Shown: in pieces, positions 58,654 to 64,000 of the stretch
Layout: each line of letters starts with the position of its first letter
How positions within the stretch are numbered: position 1 is the first letter of the stretch
Assembly (NCBI GenBank): GCA_963838925.1
Contig: CAWISW010000002.1
Span: forward strand, 512,001 to 576,000
Direction of reading: 5' to 3'
Length of the DNA: 64,000 nt
Origin: an uncultured Nitrososphaerota archaeon
Lineage (GTDB): Archaea; Thermoproteota; Nitrososphaeria; Nitrososphaerales; Gagatemarchaeaceae
The notes under the pieces: generated by a model
Databases searched by the model: none
The model's input: the letters and a program-made list of their open reading frames with translations, nothing else
What the model was told of the DNA's origin: nothing
Program-made: the position numbers and the translations under genes

Positions 58654-58863
58654 CTAGGGCAGTATCTCTTCGATGAGCCCGTGCTCCATCTTGAGGTGCT
58701 CACGGAACGTCCCTTCGTCTCTAGGGGTCATACGCTCGAACTCTGGGTAGATGTTAAGGACGAAGGCGCAAAACGAGCAGGCCACACCCGAGTCGGTCTG
58801 GTCCTGAACACCGGAGGCGTACGGCTTCCGTTCCTTCTCCTCTCCCGAAACGCTGCTCTTCAT
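58654..58863 (-). CDS. Zinc microprotein (CSFC-x23-H-x4-HGL)
   Basis: CSFCAFVLNIYP..TFREHLKMEHGLIEEILP. Confidence 0.75.
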   Translation of the reverse strand: MKSSVSGEEKERKPYASGVQDQTDSGVACSFCAFVLNIYPEFERMTPRDEGTFREHLKMEHGLIEEILP

Positions 58864-59043
58864 GCCCCTACTTGACGAGAGGAAGGCGGCGTACTTTTCA
58901 TTTCTAGCCGAAAGAGTCAGCTCAGGAAGCGTGTTTTCTGGAATCTGAAAGGAGCCTCGACATGAATTCGAGTTTCATAGGCAACAACGGTGTCACCACG
59001 GAGAGCTGACCTTATTGTCTCGGGAGAGCCCTATTGGCTGGGA

Positions 59044-61740
59044 TTACTCGAACGAGGTATCAAACTCTTCGTCGGCTGTCTTCCCGCCGCCTCTCCTCCG
59101 CCTGACGAGGAAGATCGCTGCGACCGCCCCGCCCGCGCCTCCGATTGGAACAAGGACCAGCGGGAAAGTCGTTAGCTCTTGCGTAATGCTGGCCTTTGGT
59201 TTGACCGTCACGCTGGACTGCGGTGGGGCGCTCACCGAGACTGTGAAGTTGAGCGTCTTAGAGAAAAGCCCGCCAGGTGCTATCACCGCGCTTACCAAGA
59301 CATTCCCAGCCTTGGTCGGGTGGAATATGACCGTAGACGTGCCAGTCTTGTCCGTAGTGTCGTTCACAGATGGTAGTCCTGCCTGGACGGCCGCGGTCGT
59401 AGTGGACTTGGTCTTCGTGGTTGTAGTGGTTGTGGTCGAAGACGTTGTTGAGGTGGTCGAGGCGTTTGAGGAATGAACTGTAGCAACGACGAGTCCCCCG
59501 CTAGCTGCCTTCCAAGAGACCGGCGCGCCATTCAGAGGCGACCCGTCCAGGGCCAAGTCGATTGCGATTACTGAGGTCTGGTTCGTGAAGATCTTGGCAG
59601 GGCCGCCAGAGATGGTCTCCACGCTAGGGTACGACAAGAATGTGACGAGGATCGAGGTTGTCGAAAGGCCAGGCGTCGAAAGCGTCATCGTCGTCTTCCC
59701 GGGGACACTTGCCGACAGCGGAAAAGCCGCGTAGTCTTGGCCTACTCCAATGACGGCTGACAGGACCTTCGAGATTACCGTGCTGTTTGATGATGTTATC
59801 GTAATATTCATTGGAACTCTAGCCCGAGCGGGGTTGCCTCCCGAGTCTTGGAGCTGTACCGCCAAGAGAGGTTGTTGATGCGCTGAACGGGGGGTAAACA
59901 TCACGGTGTTACCATCCGGTGCGATTGCCGAGAGGGCAGAGGGTGCTGGAATGACCGTCGAGAGGTTCACGGATGATGTCGCGTAGCCTGTTGTGGACGA
60001 GAGCCCAAGGCTGGTAAGCTGGACGAGGGCTGTCACGTTGGCTGTTCCTTGGAGAATTCCCGCCGTCACGTTCACGACAGCGTAAGCCTGTCCGCTTGGA
60101 ATCACGGCGTTCGCGACGCTCACCACGCCGGCCTGTGAAGAGGAAAGGCTTACTGGGATATCAGAAGCCGCGAACGCCGGAGAGCCAAAGGCGTCTTCAA
60201 GCGCAAGTTCAAGAGCAGGGTGTGGAGATGCATCAGCAGGAAGAGGCGTGCTGATGGCGCTGAGTACGACTTGTGAAGGCACAGAGCCGTACGTTGCAAG
60301 TGACGTCTGGACAGGTAAGACGTTCTGGGCGGACGCGGTAAGTTCTGTCGTGCCCACCTGATAAGTGGAGGTGAAGGTCACAGCTGCCCAGTTTCGCCCC
60401 TCTTGGATTGGAAATGTGATTCGCGTGAAGTTCCCAACACCAGTAACAGATGACGTGAGCGTGACCTCGGTAGGTCCGGTATCATTCACGGCGGGAGCTA
60501 ACGCTCCTCCAGGAGGAGACGACAAAAGTGAAACTACCACGGAACTATATGAACGATGGTCTGCCAGAACAGGACTTGGCCCAGCAGAAATCTGGAGAGA
60601 GCAGTGCGATTGTCCGCCGGAGGTGCACAATGCAGGAGTTAAGACATTTGGCTGAGAGACCGTGATTCCGGCGAAACTCGACGCCAAGCCAGGGGCGCTT
60701 GCCGTGATCGTGACCGAGTCTGATGTGGAACCGGCGGGAAGCGAAGTTGCCGTTACCAGGAACGTCGCAATCGCAGAGATGTTGCCTGCGTGAATTACAG
60801 TAGTTTCGGATGCGTTTACAACTTCGAGGTTGGAGCTCCTGATTTGGACTTCGATGTCGCGGGTTGCCAGCGTGGGGTTGCCGTTAAGATCGGTCAGAGC
60901 CACAACGAGCCTGCCCACGCAAGCATCGGGATTCACAGCGGTCACGTTGGCGTCGCATAGGATCATGTTGCTAGGTTGGGCCTGCAACTTCAGGGCCAGT
61001 GGAGGGAACCCAAGGACCGAAATAGTCACCACACCTGAAGAGAAACCGGTTGCCGAGGCAGTGATGACGGCCGACCCCGGCACGAAGCCGCTCGTATAGT
61101 TTATCTCCTTCAGATAATCCCCCTCCCTCATCACTGCGGTAGCCGCTGTCACATTGACAACGTTGGTGTTGGACGAGTAAAGGGAAACTGGGACGTCAGA
61201 GATCGCCTTTGCTGGAAGCCCGGCGGCATCCTCAAGCTCGAGTATCAGGTTGCCCCTACTTGCCGCACTCGCCGGAACAGTATCCGGGACGGCGGACACC
61301 ACCAAGTGAGTCGGATATCCCACGGCAACCACCGTGGTTACTACGGTCTTCGCTGTAGCGAGCCCTGAAGTCGTCGCCGTTACGGTCGTCACGCCCGGAG
61401 TATGGGTCGTGGTGAAGTTCGCTATCGCGTACGTTTCACCCGCAGGTATCTGGACGCTCGGCGTTATCTTCCCGACGCTTTCCTGCGACGAAGTCAAGGA
61501 GACATTGATGTCGGCGAGCCCCACCGTCGGCTGACCGCTGGCGCTCACGATCGAAACCACCACCGCAGGGTAGGTGTTATTGTCAGAAGGTAGCTCCGAC
61601 GGTATTGTCGACAATTGAAGGGCGACAGGCACGTTCGATGCCGTTGCTGCCGCGTGAACCGCTTCGGAAGGAAGGGCACCAATCGCCGCGAGACCAATGA
61701 CAAGCAAGCATATGCCTAAGACCCTAGGGGTTCTTCGCAA
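59044..61740 (-). CDS. Cell-surface protein with tandem Ig-like (Big/invasin-like) repeats and C-terminal TM
   Basis: Signal peptide; ~6 repeats of L.D..G.P..A..DI.V.L.SS; TM followed by RRRR. Confidence 0.8.
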   Translation of the reverse strand: MRRTPRVLGICLLVIGLAAIGALPSEAVHAAATASNVPVALQLSTIPSELPSDNNTYPAVVVSIVSASGQPTVGLADINVSLTSSQESVGKITPSVQIPAGETYAIANFTTTHTPGVTTVTATTSGLATAKTVVTTVVAVGYPTHLVVSAVPDTVPASAASRGNLILELEDAAGLPAKAISDVPVSLYSSNTNVVNVTAATAVMREGDYLKEINYTSGFVPGSAVITASATGFSSGVVTISVLGFPPLALKLQAQPSNMILCDANVTAVNPDACVGRLVVALTDLNGNPTLATRDIEVQIRSSNLEVVNASETTVIHAGNISAIATFLVTATSLPAGSTSDSVTITASAPGLASSFAGITVSQPNVLTPALCTSGGQSHCSLQISAGPSPVLADHRSYSSVVVSLLSSPPGGALAPAVNDTGPTEVTLTSSVTGVGNFTRITFPIQEGRNWAAVTFTSTYQVGTTELTASAQNVLPVQTSLATYGSVPSQVVLSAISTPLPADASPHPALELALEDAFGSPAFAASDIPVSLSSSQAGVVSVANAVIPSGQAYAVVNVTAGILQGTANVTALVQLTSLGLSSTTGYATSSVNLSTVIPAPSALSAIAPDGNTVMFTPRSAHQQPLLAVQLQDSGGNPARARVPMNITITSSNSTVISKVLSAVIGVGQDYAAFPLSASVPGKTTMTLSTPGLSTTSILVTFLSYPSVETISGGPAKIFTNQTSVIAIDLALDGSPLNGAPVSWKAASGGLVVATVHSSNASTTSTTSSTTTTTTTKTKSTTTAAVQAGLPSVNDTTDKTGTSTVIFHPTKAGNVLVSAVIAPGGLFSKTLNFTVSVSAPPQSSVTVKPKASITQELTTFPLVLVPIGGAGGAVAAIFLVRRRRGGGKTADEEFDTSFE

Positions 61741-61837
61741 CTATTTCCGAAAATGACCCCACATGATGATATTTAGACATAGTAGATGTCCTAGTCCAGA
61801 TTTCGAATCCATCGCGACTGTGGTTCCGTGGCCCTGC

Positions 61838-63562
61838 CTAGAGGGAGTGGCCCAGGATGACGCCGGACAAAGCCACCATCATAGCCCCGATGAGTACCAA
61901 CGCGAGAGCATGCTTGAAGCCGTCGGCCACCGTCCCGCCACCCATCTTCCCCGCCACGAACCCGATGACCCAGCCGTCGAAGATGGACGCAGTCAAAAGG
62001 CCCTGTACCGTGGCGGGCGTTATGGTAATCCCTGGAGTGGGGGCGGTGGACCCGGCGAACTTTATCGGTGTTGAGAGGAAGTAGACCATCATGAATGTGG
62101 TGAGTACCAGCATTATGCCTGCCATGTACACCACGAAGATGTAAGACCTCAACGCAGCGCGCTTGTCGGACTCTATCTCGTTGACTTTGCGGGTGAAGTC
62201 TGCCATCTGCGAAAAGCTGTTCACCGTGCCGCCGCCGACGTCTACGACCTCCACCATGAGCGTCCCGATTGCCATGGTGATCCAGCTGTCGACGGAATCA
62301 GCGAACGTCTTGATAACCTTGAGGATAGGTAGCCCCCACGAGATCTGAGAGCCCATCGTCTTAATCGATTTTGAGAGTCGCCCGTAGTTCTTTGAAGCGA
62401 GCTGTTCGATGCTCCCCTCGGGGGAGAGACCGATCTTGCGCCCCTCCGCCACGTCCCTGATGAAGTCGGGCAGCGCCTTCTCCAATCCGGCCCGGTTGCG
62501 AGACTGCCTGAACGCTGAAATCGAGGGGATGATCATTATCGCGATGAGCGCTACCGAGACGTGTAGGCTCAGCTCCAGAGGGAGCGGGAGCAGGAAGAGC
62601 ACCGCCCCGATAGGTGTGCAGGCCAAGAACACGTAGTACGGTCGCTTGTTGAAGATAGGTTGCTTGGGCTGGGTCCCATCGATGATGAAGATGAACAGGG
62701 CGGAAAGCGCCGGGACGACCAGATAAGAGAATGTGTAGAGGGTCGTGAGTCCTGAGTTGTTGTGGGCTATGACACCCTCCAGCTGGAAGAGACTGAATAG
62801 GGTTATGCCCATGACGGCTGTCACGGTGAGGTAAGCCTCGGCAAGAGTGCCCACGGAGTCAGTGATCCGCCTGACCTTTGAGGTGCTCAGGTCGAGGGTC
62901 TCCTTCAGCTTGTTGTTGACATAGTTCTTCACGTCGCCTCCCACCTTCAACACAGTCGTGTAGCCGTAAAGGAACTCTGCGAAGGGTTTGTTGGGCATGT
63001 ACTTTGCGGCGGTTTCGAAGGCCGTGATCGGGTCAGTCCCGAAGACGTCTATGTCTACCAATATCCTCTTCGCTTCTTTGGCAGACGCCGGGAAGACCTT
63101 CGACATGCCCGAGATCCTCCTCAGAGTGGAGATTGGCGACACCCCTCCGCCCGAGAGGACGCCCAGAAAGCCGATCAGCATGGGCAACTCGTTGTCGAGG
63201 GCCTGGGAGCGAGAGCTTTGGGAGGCTTTCGGCATGTTCCAGAAGACCACAAATACGATGGGTGGAGCTATTACGACCAGAAACAAGAACAAGATATGCA
63301 AGACCAGGCCCAGGATCACGCAGATTACGACGGGGATGATGGAAAGCACGGTGGCGAAGAGCGCCAGCGACACCAGCCCTTCCGGCGTGATGCGCATGTT
63401 GGACTTTAGTATCTGGTCCCGCATCTCCGGGGACGAGGCCGCGAACCTCTTGCCCTGGGCCCCGAAGAGCTTGTAGGCGGTGGACGCCATCCGGTCGAAC
63501 AGGCTCAGCTTCGAGCTTTCCTTGGCTTGGCGGGTCTTCTCTAGCGTGCCGACCTGGGTCAA
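61838..63562 (-). CDS. Type IV pilus membrane platform protein (TadC/FlaJ-like, two T2SSF domains)
   Basis: LDNELP..SGG, LEKALPDFIRDVAEG, GFVAGKM..GFKHA. Confidence 0.9.
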   Translation of the reverse strand: MTQVGTLEKTRQAKESSKLSLFDRMASTAYKLFGAQGKRFAASSPEMRDQILKSNMRITPEGLVSLALFATVLSIIPVVICVILGLVLHILFLFLVVIAPPIVFVVFWNMPKASQSSRSQALDNELPMLIGFLGVLSGGGVSPISTLRRISGMSKVFPASAKEAKRILVDIDVFGTDPITAFETAAKYMPNKPFAEFLYGYTTVLKVGGDVKNYVNNKLKETLDLSTSKVRRITDSVGTLAEAYLTVTAVMGITLFSLFQLEGVIAHNNSGLTTLYTFSYLVVPALSALFIFIIDGTQPKQPIFNKRPYYVFLACTPIGAVLFLLPLPLELSLHVSVALIAIMIIPSISAFRQSRNRAGLEKALPDFIRDVAEGRKIGLSPEGSIEQLASKNYGRLSKSIKTMGSQISWGLPILKVIKTFADSVDSWITMAIGTLMVEVVDVGGGTVNSFSQMADFTRKVNEIESDKRAALRSYIFVVYMAGIMLVLTTFMMVYFLSTPIKFAGSTAPTPGITITPATVQGLLTASIFDGWVIGFVAGKMGGGTVADGFKHALALVLIGAMMVALSGVILGHSL

Positions 63563-64000
63563 AGCTTGAACCTTTCCCCCGTCTCTGCTTGCATGACGAG
63601 CCCGGCCTTCCCCAGGTCATCGCGCGCCCGGTCGAATATCTCCTTCGAGTGGGACCTGTACTCTTCGAAGATTAGCGAGAGCTCCCTGAAGTTCCGGATG
63701 TCTCTCTGCTGAGCCCACTTCAGGACTATGCTCCTCCTCTCTATCTCGCTCATAAGCTCTGGAACGGTGGTCCCGGTGTCTCTGGCGAGCCTCACCAGCT
63801 TGACGCTGGTCTTCAGCGGCGACGCCAGCTGCTTGTCGCTCCCCGGATCCCACTTGAACATGCGCACGTAGTTCCCTACGCCGACCACCTCGTCGACGGA
63901 CAGGACGCGCCTCATCGTCTTGAAGCCCCCGCCGGGCGTTGGGATGGCGATCCTTCGCACCGTGAATACGAGGTCGAGGAAGGGGATGAACGACGGGGGC
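63559..64000 (-). CDS. Type IV pilus assembly ATPase, C-terminal part (5'-partial)
   Basis: PPSFIPFLDLVF..RRVLSVDEV..FKWDP..ERRSIVLKW; overlaps the TadC start. Confidence 0.8.
   Translation of the reverse strand, partial: PPSFIPFLDLVFTVRRIAIPTPGGGFKTMRRVLSVDEVVGVGNYVRMFKWDPGSDKQLASPLKTSVKLVRLARDTGTTVPELMSEIERRSIVLKWAQQRDIRNFRELSLIFEEYRSHSKEIFDRARDDLGKAGLVMQAETGERFKL

Overview
Archaeal chromosomal segment of high GC content. The gene set (F420 cofCDE, archaeosine TGT, L38e, PAC2, type II GAPDH, non-discriminating AspRS plus GatCAB, FtsZ) suggests, by inference, a non-ammonia-oxidising Nitrososphaerota/TACK lineage. The first ~38 kb is mostly housekeeping: Tat, ABC transport, F420 and Moco synthesis, tRNA functions, SHMT and GAPDH. 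It is interrupted by an intein-containing Mrp/NBP35 gene, a KaiC-like signalling cluster and a solo tnpB element. The 39-47 kb region is accessory: TA-like modules, a methyltransferase and ftsZ, separated by five intergenic copies of a 24-bp palindromic motif, (ATCGACGTCGAT)x2. The 50-64 kb region is a type IV pilus/surface locus. It encodes a 2219-aa pilin-like adhesin with an apparently nested ('Russian-doll') domain architecture, a frameshifted pilin, an Ig-like surface protein, a TadC-like protein and the assembly ATPase. Three paralogous CxFC-x21/23-H-x4-HGL zinc microproteins are scattered between 46.5 and 58.9 kb. No rRNA, tRNA or CRISPR array was recognised. All calls come from reading motifs by eye; no database searches were run.
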